This document shows positions 6,361 to 13,419 of a DNA stretch of 32,000 nt, piece after piece; the stretch's first letter is position 1; every line of letters starts with the position of its first letter. The DNA comes from Candidatus Velamenicoccus archaeovorus (GTDB taxonomy: Bacteria > Omnitrophota > Gorgyraeia > Velamenicoccales > Velamenicoccaceae), in contig NZ_CP019384.1 in the NCBI RefSeq assembly GCF_004102945.1, forward strand, positions 870,001 through 902,000. The letters run 5' to 3'. The position numbers and the translations under genes were made by a program. The notes under the pieces are model-generated. The model was given only the letters and a program-made list of their open reading frames with translations. It was not told the origin of the DNA and searched no databases.

Positions 6361-6374
6361 AGCTAAGGGCCCTG
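6361..6374 (-). repeat. Upstream copy of the tRNA-CAU 5' end (positions -2 to +12)
   Basis: agctaagggccctg is identical (14 of 14) to 6242-6255 and lies 119 nt upstream in the tRNA orientation. Confidence 0.85.
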
Positions 6375-6712
6375 TATAATTTGTTTTTTCTCGTCGGAGG
6401 AAAAGATTTTTTAAAAAAGACAACTTCCTATAATGCTAAAAATTTTAAAAAAAGAACCACATAGGCATAATTTAGCCATAATTAAATAAATCTGCAAAAA
6501 ATAAGAATTTAAGACTTTTATTTATACCATAAAGTTAATTAGTTTGCAAGGGAAAAAGTGGGTGGGTTTCTTGATGTAAGCTATTAAACCAATTGTGGTT
6601 GCATTCAGAAGAAAAGCGTCATTTTTTAGAAAAACAGTCCTATTCTATCCTTGAAATCAGTTGAGCATGAGATACACAATTACTTACTCAATATTATCTT
6701 CTGTTGGAAATC

Positions 6713-6737
6713 AAAAAACCCACCTGTTATGGTGGGT
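6713..6737 (-). terminator. Rho-independent terminator of the PilZ-domain gene
   Basis: The minus strand reads ACCCACC-ATAACA-GGTGGGT followed by TTTTTT, 39 nt after the stop codon at 6776. Confidence 0.8.
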
Positions 6738-6775
6738 CTGTATCCTGATCTTGCCGTTTCCCGGGGAGAGAGTTT

Positions 6776-7663
6776 TCAGGATTTGATCATGTGCTTTAAG
6801 AATTGGGCAAGCATCTCCTGATTCTTTTCGGGCATAAAACTGAAGAAGGCGCCGGTTTCATGGATAACCCTGCTGGTGGTATCCCAGCCCGCGTTGATGA
6901 TATTGACTGGTTCTGACCGGCTGACTTCAACGACGGCGGTGATATAGCGGTAATTATCCAGGTGGATATTGATCGCCAGTTCTGTGCCTGGGTGTAGATA
7001 GTTCTGTGTTTCGAAAAGGATGCCTCCCATGCTTAAATTTTTGATCTCAGTTTTGACAAAGTTCGGATAAACGTAGTATTCAGCCGCCAATCCTACTTGC
7101 ATTCTTTTATAGCGCCGGCGGTTAACGCCCGTATAGAGACCGTTGGAAATTTCTTTTTCCATGAGATTGTCACGCAGCACGACATCGTCTTTATACCTGT
7201 CGAGTTCAAACTCTTTGAAATGGCCTCCATAGTATCTTTCGATGCTTTGCCGGATTTCTGAGCGTATGCTGATGAGGACGACAATTTCGCAACGGCTGAT
7301 TTGACGGATCAGCTCGATGACGCCTTTGTTGAGGGGGTCGGCCATCGCGATCGTCAGCAGTTTGTCGTGTTTTTCGATGGGAAGAACGCAAAAGTCGCAC
7401 GCAAATTCCGCAGGGATGCATGCCAGAGCGTCTTCCGTAACAATATAAGATTTCAGGGGAATGTATGAATAGCCGAATTCACAGGTCAGGTGAGTGGCGA
7501 TATCCGCTTCTTTGATATAGCCAAGTTCAATGAGCCTTTGGCTTAAATATCCGCCTTTGATCTTCAGGTGTTCATAGGCATCTTTCAGCTGTTCGGCCGT
7601 AATCAGCCTTTTTTCCATTAGTGAAGTGCCGAGATTGATCTCGGTATTGAGGTTCATAAACAT
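6776..7663 (-). CDS. T2SSE_N (MshEN-like) domain plus PilZ domain protein, a putative c-di-GMP receptor
   Basis: The N-terminal ~150 aa look like a GspE/PilB N-domain (LGTSLMEKRLITAEQLKDAYEHLK...LSQRLIELGYIKEADIATHL...CIPAEFACDFCVLPIEKHDKLLTIAMADPLN). The C-terminal part carries the PilZ motifs RRRYKR (RxxxR) and NLSMGG (D/NxSxxG). Confidence 0.8.
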   Translation of the reverse strand: MFMNLNTEINLGTSLMEKRLITAEQLKDAYEHLKIKGGYLSQRLIELGYIKEADIATHLTCEFGYSYIPLKSYIVTEDALACIPAEFACDFCVLPIEKHDKLLTIAMADPLNKGVIELIRQISRCEIVVLISIRSEIRQSIERYYGGHFKEFELDRYKDDVVLRDNLMEKEISNGLYTGVNRRRYKRMQVGLAAEYYVYPNFVKTEIKNLSMGGILFETQNYLHPGTELAINIHLDNYRYITAVVEVSRSEPVNIINAGWDTTSRVIHETGAFFSFMPEKNQEMLAQFLKHMIKS

Positions 7664-7768
7664 ACTTCACCCCGGTGTGCAACAATATGGTTTTCCTCTT
7701 CCCTTTTAGCCGAATTTGAATCTTCAAAAGGCCATTTTTTTATTAAAAGGAATGCTTATATTCGTACA

Positions 7769-7797
7769 ATTATAGTATATCATACAGATAAATGTAA
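7769..7797 (-). promoter_or_regulatory. Candidate sigma70 promoter of the PilZ-domain gene
   Basis: The minus strand reads TTACAT (7797-7792), a 17-nt spacer, then TATAAT (7774-7769). The surrounding region is AT-rich, so a chance match is possible. Confidence 0.35.
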
Positions 7798-7837
7798 TTA
7801 AAGGAGAGCAATAACCAATTGTAATATAATAAGTTAT

Positions 7838-8006
7838 GGAGACTCACGGCTTTACAGCCCTCGGCTTCGCCGAGCGGCGAGCCGTGATACCTGTCCGCCT
7901 TCCAGCTATTGAACGACATCTCGTCCGGCCTTCGGAGAGGCCTCGCCCGCCACAACTTTGCAGCGGATTAGCCTCCCTTGTCTTATGCAGAGCGAATATG
8001 GAAGGT
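7838..8006. ncRNA. Unclassified GC-rich structured element (candidate sRNA or 3'-UTR structure)
   Basis: A GC-rich island sits in AT-rich spacer DNA. It contains the perfect helices cacggct/agccgtg (7845-7851 / 7880-7886) enclosing ctcggc-ttc-gccgag, the hairpin ggcct-tcggag-aggcc, and the long-range pair ccttcca/tggaagg (7898-7904 / 7999-8005). The strand is undetermined, and one G:U pair slightly favours plus. Confidence 0.3.
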
Positions 8007-8007
8007 G

Positions 8008-8904
8008 TTATATCTTTATCAGAATATTTATAATGAGTGAGATGAGGAGGAAGAAATTGAAGGAAAGAGCGGTTTCGGATGCCATGGCATCTGCAGCCAC
8101 CGGGATGTTTTGTGAAAAGCTTCTTACGGTGCGGACAGTTGTCGGTAATGAAAAGAGGACGAATAACCCGGGCCAATCCAAGATCTTCATGCCGACATAG
8201 GCGCCTGTGATCATATAGGGCAGATAAGCCAGCGCGATGAAGGTCTTCATTCCTGCGCGCGGGCCAAGCAGGGTCGCCAGGGTCTTGATTTTTTTGCAAG
8301 AATCAAATTCCCTATCCCTGAGATTATTGGCGAAGAGAACAAGGGCAACAAGAATGCCGACCGGTAGAGATAGCAGAAAGACGTTCCATGAGAGATATCC
8401 TGTCTGTACGGCGAAGCTGCCTTCCATGATGACAGGACCGAAGGCCAAAAAAACAGCAGGCTCTCCGAGGGCTGTATATTTGAGCGCATGTCCAGGCAGT
8501 GCCGTATAAAATAAGTTCAAGAACAGGCCCAGGATGATGAGGGGCCAGAGATATGCCGTGCGCAGAATCGCCAGCGCCGCGCCGATCAGAAGGGCAATGG
8601 TCAGAAGGATTATGGAGAGGTAAAAAAGCGCCTTGGGAGCGATCAGGCCAGCAAAAACACCATGGGCCCTGTAGATGGCGGTTGGCGCTTCAGGGGTATC
8701 AACTCCGTATTTGAGGTCGAAATAATCGTTGAACGTGTTGGCGCACGCATGGAAAAGACAAACGCCGAAGACGACCAGCAGATACAACCAGGCGGATCCC
8801 CGTTGAGTTGTTGCGGCTGCCGTTGTCCCAAGGGTCACCGATGAAATACTAAGAGGCAGAGACCATCCCCTGATGACGGTCAGGAAGCGCCCGGGGAGGC
8901 TCAT
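8008..8904 (-). CDS. UbiA-superfamily prenyltransferase, MenA-like
   Basis: The 298-aa polytopic membrane protein carries the NTFNDYFDLKYGVD motif (NxxxDxxxD) and a second Asp-rich region, NNLRDREFD. Confidence 0.85.
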   Translation of the reverse strand: MSLPGRFLTVIRGWSLPLSISSVTLGTTAAATTQRGSAWLYLLVVFGVCLFHACANTFNDYFDLKYGVDTPEAPTAIYRAHGVFAGLIAPKALFYLSIILLTIALLIGAALAILRTAYLWPLIILGLFLNLFYTALPGHALKYTALGEPAVFLAFGPVIMEGSFAVQTGYLSWNVFLLSLPVGILVALVLFANNLRDREFDSCKKIKTLATLLGPRAGMKTFIALAYLPYMITGAYVGMKILDWPGLFVLFSLPTTVRTVRSFSQNIPVAADAMASETALSFNFFLLISLIINILIKI

Positions 8905-9077
8905 GGGATATGTTGACGGCGATTGGCCGGTGAGGCGTCTTTGTTGAGGATGCCGTCGCGTATCATACGTTCAAACAGGTCTTGTCTGCGAAAGTTGTCG
9001 TTGAGTTCGGCAATGATCAGCCAGACGGCACCGATCAAAAGGAGTTCGCTGAGAAATAACCAAGATAACAGATTCAT
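8901..9077 (-). CDS. Small (58 aa) single-pass membrane protein of unknown function
   Basis: MNLLSWLFLSELLLIGAVWLIIAELNDNFRRQDLFERMIRDGILNKDASPANRRQHIP. Its ATG overlaps the nitroreductase TGA (ATGA at 9077-9074), and its TGA overlaps the prenyltransferase ATG (ATGA at 8904-8901). It fills what would otherwise be a 170-nt gap. I found no homology evidence. Confidence 0.5.
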   Translation of the reverse strand: MNLLSWLFLSELLLIGAVWLIIAELNDNFRRQDLFERMIRDGILNKDASPANRRQHIP

Positions 9078-9589
9078 GAGTATTTGGATCCGTTGATCAG
9101 CAGTTCTTTTAAGGCTTTTCGGCAGCCCTTCTGCTTCTTGCCTGCCGGATAGCCCATGGCCACGACGGCCAGAAGGTCGAGATCTTTGTTCAGTTCCAAG
9201 GTATCCGCGACTTCCCTCTTTTTGTTCAGGATCTCCCCCAGCCAGCATGTCCCGATGCCGAGGTTTTTGGCTTCCAGGAGCATATTCTGGATCGATGCCC
9301 CCACGGCCATAAGGTCTTTGTCCCTGTTGTAGGAATCAGCCGTATCCAGACAGACTATGAGGATAGCTGCCGCCCTCCGGATGACGGAGCCGTATGCGGT
9401 GAAGGCGGCGATGCGGTCGCGGAGTCCCTTGTCTTCAACGACAAGGAAACGCCAGGGTTGATTATTGAGCCCCGAAGGGGCCCATCGGCCTGCCTCGAGG
9501 ATCTTGACGATCCCTGCAGCCGGGAGTTTTTTGTCGCTGAAATGACGGACGGAGCGCCTGGTCTTGATGATATTCAGAATATCCTTCAT
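9074..9589 (-). CDS. Nitroreductase family protein
   Basis: IIKTRRSVRHFSDKKLP......ILEAGRWAPSGLNNQPWRFLVV...ASIQNMLLEAKNLGIGTCWLG is the classical nitroreductase (FMN) signature. Confidence 0.88.
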   Translation of the reverse strand: MKDILNIIKTRRSVRHFSDKKLPAAGIVKILEAGRWAPSGLNNQPWRFLVVEDKGLRDRIAAFTAYGSVIRRAAAILIVCLDTADSYNRDKDLMAVGASIQNMLLEAKNLGIGTCWLGEILNKKREVADTLELNKDLDLLAVVAMGYPAGKKQKGCRKALKELLINGSKYS

Positions 9590-9615
9590 GGGGCGTCCCG
9601 TCTGTATCCGGTGGA

Positions 9616-11172
9616 TTAATATTCCCGTTCGTGCGCCAGGGTCATGTCGAGAAAAGTCCGCAGCTTCCTGGACCGTGACGGATGTCTCAGTTTGCGCAGG
9701 GCCTTGGCCTCGATCTGCCTGACGCGTTCGCGCGTGACCTTGAAGACATTTCCGACTTCCTCAAGCGTCTTCGGAGCGCCGTCGGAGATCCCGAAGCGGA
9801 GCATCAAGATCTTCTTTTCCCTTTCCGTCAGCGTATTGAGCGCGGAATTCATCTCGTCTTTGAGCATGACATGGACGGTGGCGTTGGCCGGAGAGATGGC
9901 TCGTTTGTCTTCGATGAAATCTCCGAAATGCGTGTCGCCTTCGTCGCCGATCGGCGTCTGAAGGGAAATGGGTTCCTGGGCGATCTTAAGGATGTTTTTG
10001 ATCTTGTCCTGCGGCATGCGCATGGATTTGGCGATTTCCTCGGGAGAGGGTTCGCGGCCGTACTCCTGGACGAAGATGCGCGAGATGCGGATGATCTTAT
10101 TGATGGTCTCCGTCATGTGCACGGGGATGCGGATGGTCCGCGCCTGGTCGGCGATCGAGCGCGTGATGGCCTGGCGGATCCACCATGTCGCATAGGTGGA
10201 GAATTTATAGCCCCTGCGGTATTCGAATTTCTCGACGGCCCTCATGAGGCCGATATTGCCTTCCTGGATGAGGTCCAGGAAGGACAGCCCGCGGTTGGTG
10301 TAGCGCTTGGCGATGCTGACGACAAGTCTGAGGTTTGCTTCGACCAGGGCCTTTTTGGCCCTCTGGAACCGGGCGTGCCGGATTTTGATGAGCTTGAGCT
10401 GTTCCTTGAACTTTTTAGGCACCATGCCCATCTGTCTTAAAGCCTTGTTCTTTTTTTGTCTCAAGGCGCGGCTGTCGCCTTTTGATTTCTTCTCGCGGAT
10501 TTTTTTAAGATCTCTGTCGGCTGCATCGGCCTGCCTGACCAGGCCGATCATTTGATGAACGATGTCTTCGAGGGCCGGTGTGGCTAGGTTCAGGTCGGAA
10601 AGATATGCCGCCGTCGCATCGTCCTTTTTTGTTTTGAGGAGTTTTTTGAGCGTCGTCGAAAATTTCTTGAGGGTTTTTTCGCGCTTGATAGCGATGTCTT
10701 CTTTAACGACGTTCTCGATGTGGACCTCGTTCGTCAGGACCTGCTTGATGAGGAGGACGACCGCATGTTTGACGAACCGGGAGGATAGCAGAAGCTGGCG
10801 AAAGTTGTTCTCTGTCTCTTCGATCTTTTTGGCGAGACGAAGCTCGTCTTCCCGGGACAGCAGCGAGATCCTCCCCATCTGTTTGAGGTACATCTTGACG
10901 GGGTCGTCGAGCGGCAGGAGCCTGTCTTCGACCTCGTCGAGCTCCTTGGGCTCCTCCGTCTTCGAGATATCCTCGAGCTTTTCTTCCGTCAGCTCATTGT
11001 CGACGATCTGGATGTCTTCGTCATTGAGCATTTCAAAGACTTCGTCGATATCATCCGACGAAACGATGTCCTCCGGGAGGACGTCATTGACCTCGTCATA
11101 CGTGAGGTAACCTTTCTTTTTGCCCAGCGCGATCAGCTTATCCAGACTTTTCTTTACAACCGGCTTTTCCAT
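9616..11172 (-). CDS. rpoD: RNA polymerase primary sigma factor (sigma70)
   Basis: Region 2 reads [78 protein letters not shown], and region 4 reads [30 protein letters not shown]. Confidence 0.95.
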   Translation of the reverse strand: MEKPVVKKSLDKLIALGKKKGYLTYDEVNDVLPEDIVSSDDIDEVFEMLNDEDIQIVDNELTEEKLEDISKTEEPKELDEVEDRLLPLDDPVKMYLKQMGRISLLSREDELRLAKKIEETENNFRQLLLSSRFVKHAVVLLIKQVLTNEVHIENVVKEDIAIKREKTLKKFSTTLKKLLKTKKDDATAAYLSDLNLATPALEDIVHQMIGLVRQADAADRDLKKIREKKSKGDSRALRQKKNKALRQMGMVPKKFKEQLKLIKIRHARFQRAKKALVEANLRLVVSIAKRYTNRGLSFLDLIQEGNIGLMRAVEKFEYRRGYKFSTYATWWIRQAITRSIADQARTIRIPVHMTETINKIIRISRIFVQEYGREPSPEEIAKSMRMPQDKIKNILKIAQEPISLQTPIGDEGDTHFGDFIEDKRAISPANATVHVMLKDEMNSALNTLTEREKKILMLRFGISDGAPKTLEEVGNVFKVTRERVRQIEAKALRKLRHPSRSRKLRTFLDMTLAHEREY

Positions 11173-11188
11173 ATATGTTTCTCCTCAT

Positions 11189-13030
11189 TTACGGGTGTCT
11201 ATCGCTTTTCGCAGCAGTTCCGTAGCCTGCGGTTTCAGCCGACCTTTTTTTGATGAGATTGTTGTATTCGAGAACGAGATGATGCAGCTTGCCTTCATCT
11301 CCCGATGTTTGCGCCTCCCGGATACGGTTGTGCAGCTCCTGGCAGCGATGCAGGATCTTGTCGCGCTTGAGACGCCGCACGCAGTCCTCGATAAGCTTTT
11401 CTTTTTCGGGACAGTTGTGGATGTCGAGCGCCGCAAGCTCCGCGATGATGTTGATGGCCTCGTCGTCATCCAGATAATGCATGAGGACGTTCGGTTTTAA
11501 ATTCTTGCCTTGGTCGAAAAAGTCGAAGATGAAGGTGACGATCTTGCGCAATTCATCAGAAACGAAATCGGACGGTTCGATGAGTTGACGCAGGTGGTCG
11601 ATCAGGTGCATCTCTTCGAGCATCAGCTTGACGAGCATCCTTTCGGTGACCGGGATTTCCGTCAGGCGCTGGTGTTCCAGGGCGCTGAAGGCGAGAGCGT
11701 CGTTGTCCGGCGCAGCGGCCGGCCGTGCCGTCTCCGTCATATTTTTCAGGTCCTGCAGGAGTGCTTCTTCGTCGACGCCGACAGATGCCGCCGCTCTTTT
11801 TACATATTCCGCGCGGGTCGTATGATGTTTGAAGTGCCGGATGGTCGGCAGGATCTCGCGTACGATCTTGTCTTTTCCGTGTGTGCTCTTGGCGTCATAT
11901 TTGGCCAACAGGAGATTCAGCTTGTAGTCAAAGATCGGCAGCGCTTTGTCGATGATTTCTTTGAGGGCGCCGCCGCCGTTATGCCTGACGAAGGCGTCTG
12001 GGTCTTTTCCCTTGGGAAGGCTTGCGATGCGGATATCCATGTCTTCTTTGATGAGCAGTTCCAGGGCGCGCAGCGTTGCCATTTCCCCTGCCGCATCAGG
12101 GTCGTAGAGCAGAACGACGCGGTTCGTGAAGCGCTTGATCAGGCGGATCTGGTCTTCGGTCAGGGCGGTTCCCAGGGAGGCGACAATGTTTTTGACGCCC
12201 GCCTCGAAAGGGACGATCATGTCGAGATATCCTTCGACGACGACGACCTGGTCTGCCTGCCGGATGTATTCTTTGGAGACATCCAGGCCGAAGAGGTTTT
12301 TTCCTTTGATGTAGACGGCTGTTTCCGGAGAATTGATGTATTTGGGCAGCGAATCATCCAGAACGCGGCCGCCGAAAGCGATGACGCGGCCTTTGATATC
12401 GGCAATCGGGAACATGATCCTGTTGCGGTACCGGTCGTAATAGCCGCCGTTTTCCTTGGCGACGATCAGCCCCGACTTGTCCAGCGCCGCAAGGGAGACT
12501 TTCTGCGATTTGAAATGAGCGATGAGGCTGTCCCATCCTTCGGGCGCGTGTCCCAGGCGGAAGCGCTGGGCCGTTTCCTTGGAAATGCCCCTGCCGGCCA
12601 GATAATTCCTGGCGTTTTTAGCGTCGGAGGCCTGGAAAAGGCGGGCGTGGTAGAACGATGCCGCCTGTTCGTAGAGACCTTGGAGGGTTTTTCTGTTGTC
12701 TTCCCTGCCTTTCTGGGATGGCGTCAGCTCTGGTTCCGGCAAAGGGATGCCGCATCTCTGCGCCACGGTTTCCAGGGCTTCCCGGAAGCCCACCTTTTCG
12801 TACTGCATGACAAAGGTGATGGCATTGCCTCCCTGTCCGCAGCCGAAGCAATGGAAGATCTGCTTGTCCGTGCTGACAATGAACGACGGCGTCTTTTCGG
12901 CATGGAAGGGGCAGTTGGCGCGGAAGTTTCTCCCCGCCCGCTTGAGCGGGATATACGAAGAGATAAGCTCGACGATATTGCAGCGATCCAGGACGTCGCT
13001 GATAAGATTGTCTGGATACAGTCTGGGCAT
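11189..13030 (-). CDS. dnaG: DNA primase
   Basis: It contains the zinc finger CPFHAEKTPSFIVSTDKQIFHCFGCGQGGNAITFV, a TOPRIM region (VVVVEGYLDMI...LLYDPDAAG) and a DnaB-binding C-terminus. I placed the start at ATG 13030 (MPRLYPDNLISDVLDRCNIVE) rather than at the track's upstream GTG 13147, which would run through the repeat element. Confidence 0.92.
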   Translation of the reverse strand: MPRLYPDNLISDVLDRCNIVELISSYIPLKRAGRNFRANCPFHAEKTPSFIVSTDKQIFHCFGCGQGGNAITFVMQYEKVGFREALETVAQRCGIPLPEPELTPSQKGREDNRKTLQGLYEQAASFYHARLFQASDAKNARNYLAGRGISKETAQRFRLGHAPEGWDSLIAHFKSQKVSLAALDKSGLIVAKENGGYYDRYRNRIMFPIADIKGRVIAFGGRVLDDSLPKYINSPETAVYIKGKNLFGLDVSKEYIRQADQVVVVEGYLDMIVPFEAGVKNIVASLGTALTEDQIRLIKRFTNRVVLLYDPDAAGEMATLRALELLIKEDMDIRIASLPKGKDPDAFVRHNGGGALKEIIDKALPIFDYKLNLLLAKYDAKSTHGKDKIVREILPTIRHFKHHTTRAEYVKRAAASVGVDEEALLQDLKNMTETARPAAAPDNDALAFSALEHQRLTEIPVTERMLVKLMLEEMHLIDHLRQLIEPSDFVSDELRKIVTFIFDFFDQGKNLKPNVLMHYLDDDEAINIIAELAALDIHNCPEKEKLIEDCVRRLKRDKILHRCQELHNRIREAQTSGDEGKLHHLVLEYNNLIKKRSAETAGYGTAAKSDRHP

Positions 13031-13215
13031 TACCTTTAATCCTTCGCAGGCATCCCCGGCTTTAACCTGTGGGATGCCCGCCCCTAAAGATCGGCGGGTC
13101 CGCCTAAGCTGTGGTGGCGGAAATGCAGTTGTGAAGTCCTGCTGCACCCCGCACTTATCGGCGCCTGGCGCTTTATAGGAATAGCGCCGGTGTTCCCTCG
13201 TGGGAAAATGGCACA

Positions 13216-13400
13216 GGTGTTTCGCCTTCTGCTCAGGAGGAAGCCCTGGTCTTTAGACCAGGGAGGCTTCACTGAGCGCTCAACTTATGGAACTGCCGCG
13301 TAGCGGCAAGTGAACATAAGCTGCATGCGCGAATTAAACCCAGCACCAATTTTACCGATCGGCTTGTTGAAAATATAAGTAAAATTTGTGCTGGGTCAAT
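13216..13400. repeat. Three-hairpin intergenic element, copy 1 (dnaG leader)
   Basis: The 64-nt core 13216-13279 matches 23813-23876 at 62 of 64 positions. A GCGC-clamped variable hairpin spans 13280-13330. The inverted-repeat pair is gaattaaacccagcaccaattttacc (13331-13356) and gtaaaatttgtgctgggtcaat (13379-13400). Confidence 0.85.
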
Positions 13401-13419
13401 CTCAGCCGTCGACTTACAT

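Noticed and set aside
7890-7905. SRP (4.5S) RNA helix-8-like string on the minus strand (CUGGAAGGCGGACAGG versus the canonical CCGGAAGGAAGCAGC)
   Set aside because: The flanks do not form the helix-8 symmetric and asymmetric loops, since the 5' CAGG and 3' AGCA motifs are absent. The surrounding sequence also folds into two separate domains rather than one long hairpin.
8901-9248. The 115-aa ORF overlapping the 3' end of the nitroreductase gene
   Set aside because: Its first 57 codons are out of frame within the well-supported nitroreductase CDS. I kept only the last 58 codons, which begin at the ATGA junction, as a candidate small protein.
11510-13039. Long plus-strand ORFs antisense to well-supported genes, including 11510-13039 (509 aa), 26997-28211 (404 aa), 22111-23058 (315 aa), 774-1697 (307 aa), 9682-10440, 20428-21132, 24071-24826 and 29995-30819
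   Set aside because: Each lies entirely opposite a gene with strong family signatures. Their compositions are biased and low-complexity, rich in D, E, R, G, F and V, and none has a recognisable motif or SD. They are shadow ORFs typical of this codon usage.
13031-13147. N-terminal extensions suggested by the ORF track for dnaG (GTG 13147), glgC (25456), RNase H (4738), the TPR membrane protein (28229), the GNAT (23802), tpiA (30825) and the GGDEF protein (TTG 15343)
   Set aside because: Each extension overlaps the upstream gene, a repeat element or a promoter box. In every case an internal ATG with a better SD or better spacing coincides with the conserved N-terminus of the protein family.
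13209-13225. Sigma-54 promoter look-alike on the plus strand (TGGCAC-aggtg-TTTCGC; the equivalent in copy 2 is GGGCAG-gggtg-TTTCGC)
   Set aside because: The GG-to-GC spacing is 12 nt instead of 10, and the -12 element lacks TTGC. No plus-strand gene follows.
13216-13279. Hammerhead-like core in the conserved 64-nt block (minus strand CUGAGCAG...GCGAAAC)
   Set aside because: The CUGAUGA box is not matched, because the essential G8 would be a C. No NUH cleavage site or three-stem junction can be drawn, and the conserved nucleotides are fully explained by one long bulged hairpin. I also could not fit twister, pistol or hatchet consensus features.
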